Source: Flavobacteriales bacterium | GTDB lineage: Bacteria; Bacteroidota; Bacteroidia; NS11-12g; UBA9320 | DNA length: 64,000 nt | Reading direction: 5' to 3' | Assembly: GCA_020635395.1 (NCBI GenBank) | Contig: JACJZV010000002.1 | Location: 29,914-93,913, forward strand | Shown: positions 1-9,261 of the stretch, piece by piece | Numbering within the stretch: position 1 is the first letter of the stretch | How the letters are laid out: each line of letters begins with the position of its first letter | Notes under the pieces: generated by a model | Databases searched by the model: none | Told to the model about the DNA's origin: nothing | What the model saw: the letters and a program-made list of their open reading frames with translations, nothing else | Translations under genes and position numbers: made by a program

Positions 1-625
1 TCCGGGCAGTGCGGCCAATAGTATGCTTATAAAAAGATTGCTGATAGATTTGAACGGAAACTCAGGGATAATGCCTCTGGTGACTGAGCCAAACAGTGAT
101 TGGAAATACAAAAAAGAGGAATACATCAAAAACATTGAAAACTGGATAGACAATGGTGCTCTCGACCAAAACGGAAAACAGCCAACAACTTCCAATTTTC
201 CGGTGCAACTAAAAGGAATTGCCGCCAAAATAAATGGCAATCTTGCGGGCCGGTTGGGAACTTATGACCCCATTTCTGTGCCACCCGGAACATCACAAAT
301 TGAGTTGTGGTTTGCCTTTGAAGACGAAAGCCTCAGTGCCGACCAGCTTTCGGGTGCAAGTTTGGATTTATCCATATCCGCAAATGATTTTGATGGCAGC
401 AATAGTCAAAACCTTACATATTCTGCCACACCACTCACCGCCCCGGGTTATTTTGGCGATGACGAAAAATATTACCACAAAGCCACCATCAGTTTGAGCA
501 ACTGGAAATCGGGCGATGTGGTTTGGATAAGAACGCAAATATCGGATGGGGTAAACAACAGCGAATTGCCAAATGACAACTCCTTATTTAGAGCAAAACA
601 ATATGCAACTTTTAAACTTAAATAA
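1..625 (+). CDS. hypothetical secreted/surface protein, 5'-truncated at window edge (reading frame is open back to nt 2)
   Basis: ORF 23..625 has no in-frame stop upstream to the window start. Ser/Asn/Asp-rich, no recognisable catalytic motif. Confidence 0.35.
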   Translation, partial: PGSAANSMLIKRLLIDLNGNSGIMPLVTEPNSDWKYKKEEYIKNIENWIDNGALDQNGKQPTTSNFPVQLKGIAAKINGNLAGRLGTYDPISVPPGTSQIELWFAFEDESLSADQLSGASLDLSISANDFDGSNSQNLTYSATPLTAPGYFGDDEKYYHKATISLSNWKSGDVVWIRTQISDGVNNSELPNDNSLFRAKQYATFKLK

Positions 626-1061
626 ACTTGTATTTGCCCTGTTTATGGGTTTGGTAATAAACGGTTGCACTGAATATACTTTGGTCGATTCGCAACCTGG
701 GCCACCATTTATTGAGTATGTTGACATACAACCACGTGAGGTAAAAGAATTTTCTGATTCTATTTTAATCACATTCAAATATAGCGACCCCGATGGCGAT
801 TTAGGAACAGAAAGTCCTGACCAAAAAACACTTTCTATACACGATTTACGATTGCAAAATGCCGACAAACAGCATGTTTCGCTGCTCGCTCCGATTGATT
901 CTAAAATAGACATTTCAGGAATTTTAACTGTCAAACTAAAAAACACCTTTTTGTTGGGCTCGAATGACGAAGAAAAAACCACCTATGAACTTATTCTGAC
1001 TGACCGTGCCGGAAATGCAAGCAACCCTATTGTTACAGATGAAATTACAATAAAGCGATAA
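603..1061 (+). CDS. hypothetical lipoprotein
   Basis: Internal Met gives a signal peptide MQLLNLNKLVFALFMGLVINGC with a lipobox-like LVINGC. The annotated ORF starts at 573. Confidence 0.45.
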   Translation: MQLLNLNKLVFALFMGLVINGCTEYTLVDSQPGPPFIEYVDIQPREVKEFSDSILITFKYSDPDGDLGTESPDQKTLSIHDLRLQNADKQHVSLLAPIDSKIDISGILTVKLKNTFLLGSNDEEKTTYELILTDRAGNASNPIVTDEITIKR

Positions 1062-4000
1062 TTGAGAAATCTATGGTTCATAGTATTGATGGCTTGCAGT
1101 CAAATGATTTTGGCTCAAAACGATTATTACATGACCAATGGAAAAGTCTCTGACTGCAAAGGCAATTTTTTTGACAGCGAAAAAGGAACCATTTCCGGAA
1201 ATTATGATCACAACGAAAACTACATTTTCACTATATGTGTGCCGGGTGCACAGAGCATAACACTCACTTTTTCGGCATTTTGCACCGAAGATTACGAAGA
1301 TTACATGATTATTTTTGACGGTAAAGATACCTTTGCCTCAAAACTGAGTGGCAAAATTAGTGGCAGCAACAACCCAGGTAGTTTTACCAGCAGTGATTCT
1401 TGCTTAACCATTTATTTTCATAGTGATGTGAGTGTGCCGTGCAGCGGTTGGGAGGCCAGTTGGTCAACCAAAGTTATACCCATTTTACCACCCAAATTCA
1501 TTGCCCTATCACCGGTTTCTTGCGATGATAACGTATTAAGAATCAAACTTGACCAAAAATGGAATTGTGATTCGCTTTCGGCAGGCAACTTCACAATTAC
1601 CGGAATTTTGAATCCAAGTATTACCAATTTAACCCCAATAAATTGCGATGCCAACAACGAAACTGATAGTTTTTTACTTTCGTTAAATCCTAAACTTGAC
1701 CGAAGCGGAAGCTACCAAATTGATTTTGATGCAGTAAAATATGACCGATGCGATTCGGCATGGCAACTACATTCCGATACAACTTTCAACATTACCAACT
1801 GCCCCATTTATGTAAATCTAATAGCCGACCCCGATACGGTTTGTCAAGGCACTTGCACCGCAATAACTGCCGAAGTAACCGGGGGTGATTCCACAAAATA
1901 CAATTTTGCATGGTCAACCGGTATAAACGGAACTTTTGGTCCGCACACCTATTGCCCCAGCACAAGCGGTTGGGTATATCTCACGGTTTCCGATGGCAGC
2001 TCCGTGCCAGGTACCGATTCCATTTGGATAGAAGTGGTTAGCCCACCCGTAGCACAGGCCGACACCACTGTTTGCGAATCGGCCTCAGCTTTTTTATTGA
2101 CCGCAAGCCCTGTTGCTGGAAATTGGCTTGGAAAAGGTATTACAAACACCAATTCGGGACGATATGACCCCCAAAAAGCGGGAGCCGGAATAGATACCTG
2201 TGTGTATCAATTTGCGGGCTGCACCGATACCGTTTTGGTAAATATCACGGCATTTGATGCCGGATTTGCCAATGCTTCATGCCCGGGTGCAAGCCCATTT
2301 ATGGTAACAGGCTTCAGTCCGGCGGGAGGTACGTGGAGTGGCCCGAACATTACGTCAAACGGTATTTTTGACCCCGTTGACACGGGAACCTACACCGTAA
2401 CCTATACTTGGAATGGATGTACTGATACTAAAACGATTAATGTTTATCCTGTAAATGTGCAGACGTATGACACTGTTTGTCAATCGCAAGATTCGTTAAA
2501 ATTAAATTTCTCTCCAGTGGGAGGATATTGGAACGGCTTGGGTTTCCTCGATTTTCAGTCGGGATGGTTTTTGCCGCCACGAGCCGGAGGAGGCAATAAA
2601 CGATTGATTTATGATGCCAATGGTTGCAAAGACACCGCTTATGTTTACGTAAAACCCATTAACGCCCGAGGCAATCAAATAGCCTGCCCCGATGCTCCAC
2701 CATTTAATATTACACAAGGCTTGCCCACCGGAGGCTATTGGACAGGCGTTGGTTTGACCGACACCATAAAAGGCACTTATGATGCCTCGTTTATTTACGG
2801 ACTTAATAAAACCTTTTTTAACGATACGCTTTACTACCACATCAATGGTTGCGTGGCTCGAAAAATTGTTTATGTCAGACAAACCGTTGTGCCTTTCGAC
2901 ACACTAAAATTTTGCATAGAGGCTCCAAATCTTTTTCTCGACTTCAACTCCACCAAACGTAGCCCGGGCGGCGGTGTTTGGAGTGGGAATGGTGTTTTTG
3001 GCACGTATTTTTTTGGCCCCGACACAGCCGGAAGGGGGGGTAGCAAAATATATTACGATGCCAACGGATGCCGAGATAGCCTCATCATGTTCGTACACCC
3101 TCAGTCAATAATTCAAAACGACACTTCTATATGCGAAACCGACAATTCGATAACACTATATGCCAAAGAAAAAGGGGGAAGTTGGGCTGGAAAAGGTACA
3201 ACAAAAGCCGGAGTTTTCGACCCTAAAATTGCCAAAACTGGGGTTCATACCATTCGTTATACATCAAAAAATGGCTGTTTAGATTCTAGTAAAATAACCG
3301 TTTTGCCCCGACCTACAGTAAAAATCACAGGATTCAACCCTATTTACTGTTTTAAAGATTCAAACTTTATCATAAAAACCAATGCTGTGGGAGGAGTTTT
3401 TAGTGGCACCACCTTTGGCGATAGCCTGTTTAACCCTCACTTTTCAGGAACCGGAAATCATAAAATTAAATATCAATTTGGCACTGCCACGTGCTATTCG
3501 GCAGATAGTGTGGTAGTAAGGGTATTGGATACATTAAAACACAGTTTCACTTTTGATGACGATTCGCTTTGTTTTGGCGAGATAGCCACTTTAACCGCCG
3601 GAGGTTCAAGAGGTTCTGGCAAACCAATCAACTATACGTGGTCGAATTCTTCATCGACAGACAGAACATTATTTACACGACCAACATCATCTGGTTGGGT
3701 TTCCGTAACCATTTCTGACGGTTGCTCTGACAACGTGCGAGACAGTGTTTTCATTTACGTTTTCCCGAAAATTGAAGTAACTGCCGCCACAAGTGACACC
3801 CAGTGTTTCGGCACCGTTGGTTGGGTAGAAGTAAATCCTATTTTAAGCGATCCCTACAAACTAACTTGGCACACCGCCCCGCCACAAAATACCAATAGAA
3901 TTAACGCTGCCGTGGCTCTAAACTACGCATTTACAGTGCAAAATCTTTATACAAACTGTCGGTTAGACAGCAGCATTTACATCCCCTCCTATCCTCGCAT

Positions 4001-4538
4001 AAAAGCCCATTTCATAACCAGTCCCGCGGCGGGATACTGTCTCAACCCGTTTGACCCCGACTTGCAAATAATCAACTATTCGGTGGGTGCCACCAGTGGC
4101 ATTTGGCATTTTGGCGACAGCACCTCGGCGGCATACAGCACCACCAGCAATTTGAGCCACGTCTATCAGGTTGACACCAACCGATACACCATTTGGCTAT
4201 ACGTGCAAAACAATGGCGGTTGCCGCGATTCGTTTAGTGTCGAAATTTGCGTTGACGACTCTGTGTATTTGGTTATTCCTAACTCCTTTTCGCCCATCAG
4301 TTCTGCCGGAATAAATGATTATTTCAGCGTTAAAACGGCTGGTGTGGTGGAGTTTCAGGTGTCCATTTTTAACCGTTGGGGCGAAAAAATTTATCATTCA
4401 ACCGACCCAAATTTCAGTTGGGATGGCACCTACAAAGGAAAACCCGTGAGCAGCGGTGTGTATGTTTATGAAATAAATTACAAAGGCAAAAAAACCTTTC
4501 ATAAATCGGTGAGTGGTACAATCAATGTGATTCGTTGA
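1062..4538 (+). CDS. large secreted protein with N-terminal CUB-like domain and C-terminal gliding-motility-associated / T9SS type-B sorting domain
   Basis: TTG start overlaps the upstream stop. Signal peptide MRNLWFIVLMACSQMILAQ. C-terminus ...IPNSFSPISSAGINDYF...IFNRWGEKIY...GVYVYEINYKGK is typical of the T9SS type-B CTD. Cys-spaced repeat modules fill the middle. Confidence 0.65.
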   Translation: MRNLWFIVLMACSQMILAQNDYYMTNGKVSDCKGNFFDSEKGTISGNYDHNENYIFTICVPGAQSITLTFSAFCTEDYEDYMIIFDGKDTFASKLSGKISGSNNPGSFTSSDSCLTIYFHSDVSVPCSGWEASWSTKVIPILPPKFIALSPVSCDDNVLRIKLDQKWNCDSLSAGNFTITGILNPSITNLTPINCDANNETDSFLLSLNPKLDRSGSYQIDFDAVKYDRCDSAWQLHSDTTFNITNCPIYVNLIADPDTVCQGTCTAITAEVTGGDSTKYNFAWSTGINGTFGPHTYCPSTSGWVYLTVSDGSSVPGTDSIWIEVVSPPVAQADTTVCESASAFLLTASPVAGNWLGKGITNTNSGRYDPQKAGAGIDTCVYQFAGCTDTVLVNITAFDAGFANASCPGASPFMVTGFSPAGGTWSGPNITSNGIFDPVDTGTYTVTYTWNGCTDTKTINVYPVNVQTYDTVCQSQDSLKLNFSPVGGYWNGLGFLDFQSGWFLPPRAGGGNKRLIYDANGCKDTAYVYVKPINARGNQIACPDAPPFNITQGLPTGGYWTGVGLTDTIKGTYDASFIYGLNKTFFNDTLYYHINGCVARKIVYVRQTVVPFDTLKFCIEAPNLFLDFNSTKRSPGGGVWSGNGVFGTYFFGPDTAGRGGSKIYYDANGCRDSLIMFVHPQSIIQNDTSICETDNSITLYAKEKGGSWAGKGTTKAGVFDPKIAKTGVHTIRYTSKNGCLDSSKITVLPRPTVKITGFNPIYCFKDSNFIIKTNAVGGVFSGTTFGDSLFNPHFSGTGNHKIKYQFGTATCYSADSVVVRVLDTLKHSFTFDDDSLCFGEIATLTAGGSRGSGKPINYTWSNSSSTDRTLFTRPTSSGWVSVTISDGCSDNVRDSVFIYVFPKIEVTAATSDTQCFGTVGWVEVNPILSDPYKLTWHTAPPQNTNRINAAVALNYAFTVQNLYTNCRLDSSIYIPSYPRIKAHFITSPAAGYCLNPFDPDLQIINYSVGATSGIWHFGDSTSAAYSTTSNLSHVYQVDTNRYTIWLYVQNNGGCRDSFSVEICVDDSVYLVIPNSFSPISSAGINDYFSVKTAGVVEFQVSIFNRWGEKIYHSTDPNFSWDGTYKGKPVSSGVYVYEINYKGKKTFHKSVSGTINVIR

Positions 4539-4545
4539 ACAATGC

Positions 4546-5100
4546 ATTTTACCAATGCACCAATCCAGTTGGCCAGAGGTTATTTTTTCTTAATGTGTAG
4601 TCCGTATTTTTGAAAAACAATCGTTGCACAAAATGATATTCAGCCCAAGAAAAAAAGAAATAAGCATCAGCCTGCCAAGTCCTTGCCACGAAAAATGGGA
4701 GGACATGACAAAAACGGAGCATGGTAGATATTGTGGACAATGCACCAAAGAAGTGATTGATTTTACCCGATTTACCGATGATGAAATGGTGAGTTTCTTT
4801 TTCCGAAATAGGGAAAATGTGTGCGGGCAATTTAGAGCAACACAGCTTAATAGACCTATTATTAAAGAAACGACCTACAGAATGCCTTACCTCAACAAAA
4901 CACTTGCTTTTTTAGGAATTTTAGGAGCCGGAATAAAAGCCCAGGGACAGGATTCTAACACAAAATTTGAATCGAAACAGGAAGTGGTTCAGCCTTCGGC
5001 AGTTGATAAAAACATAGAACCCGACAGCCTTCCTAAAACCGAGAAAACTATAACAATAAGAGGTACGGTGGTGGATTCTACAACCCATGAGCCATTGGAT
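4546..5100 (+). repeat. about 555 bp direct repeat, copy 1 (promoter plus 5' half of the Cys/His-motif gene), about 98% identical to 6402..6956
   Basis: Nucleotide identity is visible by eye. The encoded N-terminal 150 aa differ at only a few positions. Confidence 0.85.
4605..4612 (+). promoter_or_regulatory. Bacteroidetes sigma-A -7 box TATTTTTG (TAnnTTTG) upstream of paralog 1
   Basis: Exact TAnnTTTG match 21 nt upstream of the ATG at 4633. An identical copy lies at 6461..6468. Confidence 0.4.
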
Positions 5101-5373
5101 TACGCGATTATCTCCGTTAAAGAAACTTCTTATGAACTTTTTACGGATGAATATGGTAATTTTATTTTCAAAATTCCGGACTCATTAGCCAATTCGCACA
5201 TTACTATTTTTGTCCAATACTTCAATTATACACAATCATTTATAATAAGGCCAGAAGATTTTGCAAAGCCAATTCTTGCAATTACAAATTTTATAAATAC
5301 CGAAAGCCAATTAAATGGAGCCCCAATTGTTGCCAAACGCAAATGGTGGAAATTCTGGAAACCGAAATACTAA
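4633..5373 (+). CDS. membrane protein with N-terminal Cys/His motif (CHEKW...CGQC, putative zinc-binding), one TM segment and a CarboxypepD_reg-like C-terminal domain; paralog 1
   Basis: ATG at 4633 (the ORF track used TTG at 4624). Motif PCHEKWEDMTKTEHGRYCGQCTKEVIDFT. Hydrophobic LAFLGILGAGI. ITIRGTVVDSTTHEPL beta-sandwich-like segment. Conserved tail KRKWWKFWK. Confidence 0.5.
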   Translation: MIFSPRKKEISISLPSPCHEKWEDMTKTEHGRYCGQCTKEVIDFTRFTDDEMVSFFFRNRENVCGQFRATQLNRPIIKETTYRMPYLNKTLAFLGILGAGIKAQGQDSNTKFESKQEVVQPSAVDKNIEPDSLPKTEKTITIRGTVVDSTTHEPLDYAIISVKETSYELFTDEYGNFIFKIPDSLANSHITIFVQYFNYTQSFIIRPEDFAKPILAITNFINTESQLNGAPIVAKRKWWKFWKPKY

Positions 5374-5378
5374 AAACT

Positions 5379-5876
5379 TCACTGTAATTCATTCTCTTGT
5401 TTTAGAATATGGTTTATCAACTTTTCACTGAGCCAAATGTTTTTCTCTTTCAGTTCATGAAACAATGGCTTCAACTCCTTTATTATTCCTTGTCGTTTCG
5501 CCTTTACCAATACGCCAAGAGTACCTGTAACGGTTAGACTTGCGTGTTTGGCATGAAATCTACCCAATACTTCGTCTATTATTACCAAATCAGCGTTTAA
5601 CTCAGTTGCCAAAATTATTGCTTCTGCTTCGCCCAAATCTAAATCTAAAAAATACTTAACAGCATCTTTGTTCTCAATTTCAACAATATTAATCCATTCA
5701 ATTTTTGATAAGTCTTGATAATATGCTTTGTGTTTTCCAGCTTCAATTTCTTGATATACAGCATTTGGAATAAATATCTCTGAATACAATGATTTTAAAA
5801 TATCAAGTTTCGAAAGTTTGAGCAGGGATAAAATGGGAGTTGTGTTTGAAACGATTTTAGGCATTGGCAATATCAC
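5379..5876 (-). CDS. DUF3368 family PIN-domain protein (putative toxin)
   Basis: N-terminus KIVSNTTPILSLLKLSKLDILKSLYSEIFIPNAVYQEIE matches the DUF3368/PIN consensus. 165 aa. Overlaps the upstream partner by 20 nt. Confidence 0.65.
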   Translation of the reverse strand: MILPMPKIVSNTTPILSLLKLSKLDILKSLYSEIFIPNAVYQEIEAGKHKAYYQDLSKIEWINIVEIENKDAVKYFLDLDLGEAEAIILATELNADLVIIDEVLGRFHAKHASLTVTGTLGVLVKAKRQGIIKELKPLFHELKEKNIWLSEKLINHILKQENELQ

Positions 5877-6114
5877 TATTTATATCTTCAAAGGTCGATT
5901 GCCCAAATGCAGAAACTTTGTATTTGACCAAAAGTTCTATAAAATCTACCCGTGATAGACCCAAAACTTTAGCAGCCATACCCGAAGATATTTTGCCTAA
6001 TTCAAACAATTTTACCAATGCACTTGTCTTCATCTCATTGGTAAAATCTTTTGTGTTTAATTTGAGTGAATTGGCTAAAAATTCGGGATACTCTATGTTT
6101 ATTATACCGTTCAT
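5857..6114 (-). CDS. UPF0175 family antitoxin-like HTH protein
   Basis: 85 aa. ...TSALVKLFELGKISSGMAAKVLGLSRVDFIELL matches UPF0175. It is the usual partner of DUF3368. Confidence 0.65.
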   Translation of the reverse strand: MNGIINIEYPEFLANSLKLNTKDFTNEMKTSALVKLFELGKISSGMAAKVLGLSRVDFIELLVKYKVSAFGQSTFEDINSDIANA

Positions 6115-6401
6115 ATTACTTCACGTTTCCGCATTTGCTTACAAATTACAACAAAATTGCTGGTTTTCTGATTCAAAATTCTCGACTAATTAAGGTTATA
6201 AAATTATTTTTACCAAAATCATATACAAACTTGTGAGATCGTCGAGCGAATAATCTGTAATACATTTGAGTGCCAATGGTTAGAAACTATTTTTATTTGA
6301 TAAATGCATCCAATTTTTATACGCTCCAACCAATTGTTTGCCTTCGGCAAATTTGGTTTTGATAAATGCCCCGCGGCAAGATGCCTTAGTGACTTTCAAT
6401 A

Positions 6402-6956
6402 TTTTTACCAATGCACCAATCCAGTTGGCCAGAGGTTATTTTTTCTTAATGTGTAGTCCGTATTTTTGAAAAACAATCGTTGCACAAAATGATATTCAGC
6501 CCAAGAAAAAAAGAAATAAGCATCAGCCTGCCAAGTCCTTGCCACGAAAAATGGGAGGACATGACAAAAACGGAGCATGGTAGATATTGTGGACAATGCA
6601 CCAAAGAAGTGATTGATTTTACCCGATTTACCGATGATGAAATGGTGAGTTTCTTTTTCCGAAATAGGAAAAATGTGTGCGGGCAATTTAGAGCAACACA
6701 GCTTAATAGACCTATTATTAAAGAAACGAACTACAGAATGCCTTACCTCAACAAAACACTTGCTTTTTTAGGAATTTTAGGAGCCGGAATAAAAGCCCAG
6801 GGAAAGGATTCTAACACAAAATTTGAATTGAGACAGGAAGTGGTTCAGCCTTCGGCAGTTGATAAAAATATAGAACCTGACAGCCTTCCTAAAACCGAGA
6901 AAACTATAACAATAAGAGGTACGGTGGTGGATTCTACAACCCATGAGTCATTGGCC
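6402..6956 (+). repeat. about 555 bp direct repeat, copy 2
   Basis: See copy 1 at 4546..5100. Confidence 0.85.
6461..6468 (+). promoter_or_regulatory. -7 box TATTTTTG upstream of paralog 2
   Basis: Duplicate of 4605..4612. Confidence 0.4.
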
Positions 6957-7289
6957 AACGCATATATAGAAATTCAAGAGATTTCTTGGGAATTATTTAC
7001 CCAAAAAGACGGTTCATTTAGTTTTGACCTTCCCGACTCTCTTGCTAATTCAGCCATTCATATTTTAGTCGACTACCCCCCTTATGAACAGTCATTTGTA
7101 ATCATTCCAGAGGATTTTGAAAAGCACATTTTACTAACTGTCAATCAAAAATTAAATACCAAATTGGCGACATTTCGAGGAGAAACAGAAACTATTGTAA
7201 TACTTGGTGGGGCAGTTCAATCAAGTTATAATGAACAAATACCTACCAAACGCAAATGGTGGAAATTCTGGAAACGGAGACATCACTAA
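6489..7289 (+). CDS. Cys/His-motif membrane protein, paralog 2
   Basis: N-terminal 150 aa near-identical to paralog 1. C-terminal domain diverged but homologous, ending KRKWWKFWKRRHH. Confidence 0.5.
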   Translation: MIFSPRKKEISISLPSPCHEKWEDMTKTEHGRYCGQCTKEVIDFTRFTDDEMVSFFFRNRKNVCGQFRATQLNRPIIKETNYRMPYLNKTLAFLGILGAGIKAQGKDSNTKFELRQEVVQPSAVDKNIEPDSLPKTEKTITIRGTVVDSTTHESLANAYIEIQEISWELFTQKDGSFSFDLPDSLANSAIHILVDYPPYEQSFVIIPEDFEKHILLTVNQKLNTKLATFRGETETIVILGGAVQSSYNEQIPTKRKWWKFWKRRHH

Positions 7290-7298
7290 AACAAGAAT

Positions 7299-7982
7299 TT
7301 GCTTTCTAACCCATACCTTTGGCACTGTCTGAAAAAACACATTTACATACTCAGCGGTTTGGGAGCCGACCATCGAGCCTTTCAACGTATTGACTTTAAA
7401 GAATTTAATCATACGTTCATTCAATGGGTTGCTCCAAATAGAGATGAAACTTTATCCCAATATGCCCAACGCATCGCCAAACAACTAACCGAAGAAAATC
7501 CAATAATTATCGGACTTTCTTTTGGTGGAATGGTGGCTGTTGAAATAGCCAAACCTATCCCCACAGCTCAACTGATATTGATTTCGTCGGCCAAAACCAA
7601 GCATGAAATTCCGAAGTTCTATCGGCTTTTGGGTAAACTAAAATTGCATAAACTTTTACCTGTAACACTTCTTAAGAAATCAAACCCAATGACCAATTGG
7701 TTTTTTGGGGTAAAAACCATACACGACAAACAAATTTTGGCAGACATTCTGTACGACACCAACCCCATCTTTCTAAAATGGGCGATGAATGCCGTGATGA
7801 TTTGGCAAAACGAAATCATTCCACCCAACGTTGTTCATATTCATGGCTCGCACGACAAAATTTTGCCTATTCGTTGCGTAAATGCCACCGAAATTATTCC
7901 TGGAGGAGGTCATTTGATGGTATTGAGTAATCATAAAAATTTAAACAAAGTCAATACTTCCATGCTAAATTTGTTTTCATGA
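7299..7982 (+). CDS. alpha/beta hydrolase fold protein
   Basis: Nucleophile elbow GLSFGG. HG...GGGH-type motifs. TTG start is uncertain. Confidence 0.5.
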   Translation: MLSNPYLWHCLKKHIYILSGLGADHRAFQRIDFKEFNHTFIQWVAPNRDETLSQYAQRIAKQLTEENPIIIGLSFGGMVAVEIAKPIPTAQLILISSAKTKHEIPKFYRLLGKLKLHKLLPVTLLKKSNPMTNWFFGVKTIHDKQILADILYDTNPIFLKWAMNAVMIWQNEIIPPNVVHIHGSHDKILPIRCVNATEIIPGGGHLMVLSNHKNLNKVNTSMLNLFS

Positions 7983-8767
7983 ATGAAGAGCTGATTTTAA
8001 AATGTATTGAAACCGAAAAGTTGCAATATGAAAAAAAAAGGGCTCGAAATATTTTTTTTAACCTCTCTTACTATAGCATTGTTAACCTCGTAATAGCCAT
8101 TTATTGTTGCACCCCACCCTTACGATATTCTTTTTTCATTGGTGTAATTGTTCTGGTTAATTACGTGCTCTTTATGAAAAATTATGTCAAGAACAGAAGA
8201 TTTGTCATCTATCCTTACTCAATAAACAATGCCCAATTAGAGAGGGTAATTATTTGTTTTTCAGAATTAGTTGGAAGCCAATTGACCGTAAAATACCAAG
8301 AAAATTACCATTCCACCATTTTTTCGGATGGAATAATTTTATACAAATGCGTGGCAATCAATCATCAAAATCAAACCATGATTAATATAAACTATGCCAT
8401 TGAATATGAGTTCGGCCTTTCTTTCGGAAAGTTAAAAAAATACCACTCCACGTTAAACGACCTTCTAATTGCCGTATGGAAAGGAGAAAATATTGAAGAA
8501 AAGACTAACGAAATTCTTGCAACAAGAGCAAATAATTTTTGGGCGAAATCCGAATTTTCTGGATTCCGTCTTTTACAAAAGTTGGTTTTTTATCCGCTCC
8601 TTTGCATCTTTATTATCGGGCCAATTGTAATGGCCGTAGTATATCAAAAACTTATTTTCCTGCTCATTTCATTGTTTTTCATCTTTATGTTTTGGCCGTA
8701 TATAAAAACAGAAATTTACGTAATAAGAAAGAAATGGAAAATGAATCGCGAAAAAAGATTGAAGTAA
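7979..8767 (+). CDS. hypothetical multi-pass membrane protein
   Basis: Several hydrophobic helices. No recognisable motif. Confidence 0.3.
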   Translation: MNEELILKCIETEKLQYEKKRARNIFFNLSYYSIVNLVIAIYCCTPPLRYSFFIGVIVLVNYVLFMKNYVKNRRFVIYPYSINNAQLERVIICFSELVGSQLTVKYQENYHSTIFSDGIILYKCVAINHQNQTMININYAIEYEFGLSFGKLKKYHSTLNDLLIAVWKGENIEEKTNEILATRANNFWAKSEFSGFRLLQKLVFYPLLCIFIIGPIVMAVVYQKLIFLLISLFFIFMFWPYIKTEIYVIRKKWKMNREKRLK

Positions 8768-8813
8768 AAATTTCCAAATCCAATTACATTTGAGGCAAAT
8801 ATTATTTTATAGA

Positions 8814-9254
8814 ATGAAAAAACTAATAATACTCCTAACTGCTTTATTTGTAGGGTTTGTGGCCAATGCCCAAAAAGTAAAAATCAAAAACGAAATTGCC
8901 ACGGTTGACGGCGTGGAATACGTAAAAGTAAAAAAAGACCCTGTAACAGCCTCTGTAAAAAACGTAGCAACATTGAGCGATTCTACCCTAATCTACCTCA
9001 AAACCCAAAGCTATAAAGACCCCAACAGAGTTGATGCAAAAGGAGTTCCTATGTCGGTATATTATTTAGAAGTTATCAATGCCAACACAGGAGAAATTTA
9101 TTTTGAAAGTGGTGTAGGAATTAAAAATACCATCAAAGCTTTTTACCTCGAAAATGTCATTACCGCCAATGGTATTAATGAGGCGAACATGCAAAAGTTG
9201 GCCATTAAATACGGCTTTGATTATTCGCGTAGGAGAGACGAACTAAGCAGATAA
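8814..9254 (+). CDS. hypothetical secreted protein
   Basis: Signal peptide MKKLIILLTALFVGFVANAQ at an internal Met. The ORF track starts at 8790. Confidence 0.4.
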   Translation: MKKLIILLTALFVGFVANAQKVKIKNEIATVDGVEYVKVKKDPVTASVKNVATLSDSTLIYLKTQSYKDPNRVDAKGVPMSVYYLEVINANTGEIYFESGVGIKNTIKAFYLENVITANGINEANMQKLAIKYGFDYSRRRDELSR

Positions 9255-9261
9255 TACTCTA

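Noticed and set aside
584-982. 132-aa minus-strand ORF antisense to the lipoprotein gene
   Set aside because: Entirely overlaps a better-supported plus-strand gene with a signal peptide. Low-complexity translation. Typical antisense shadow ORF.
5864-6193. 109-aa plus-strand ORF antisense to the UPF0175 antitoxin gene
   Set aside because: Overlaps the recognisable antitoxin on the opposite strand. No motifs.
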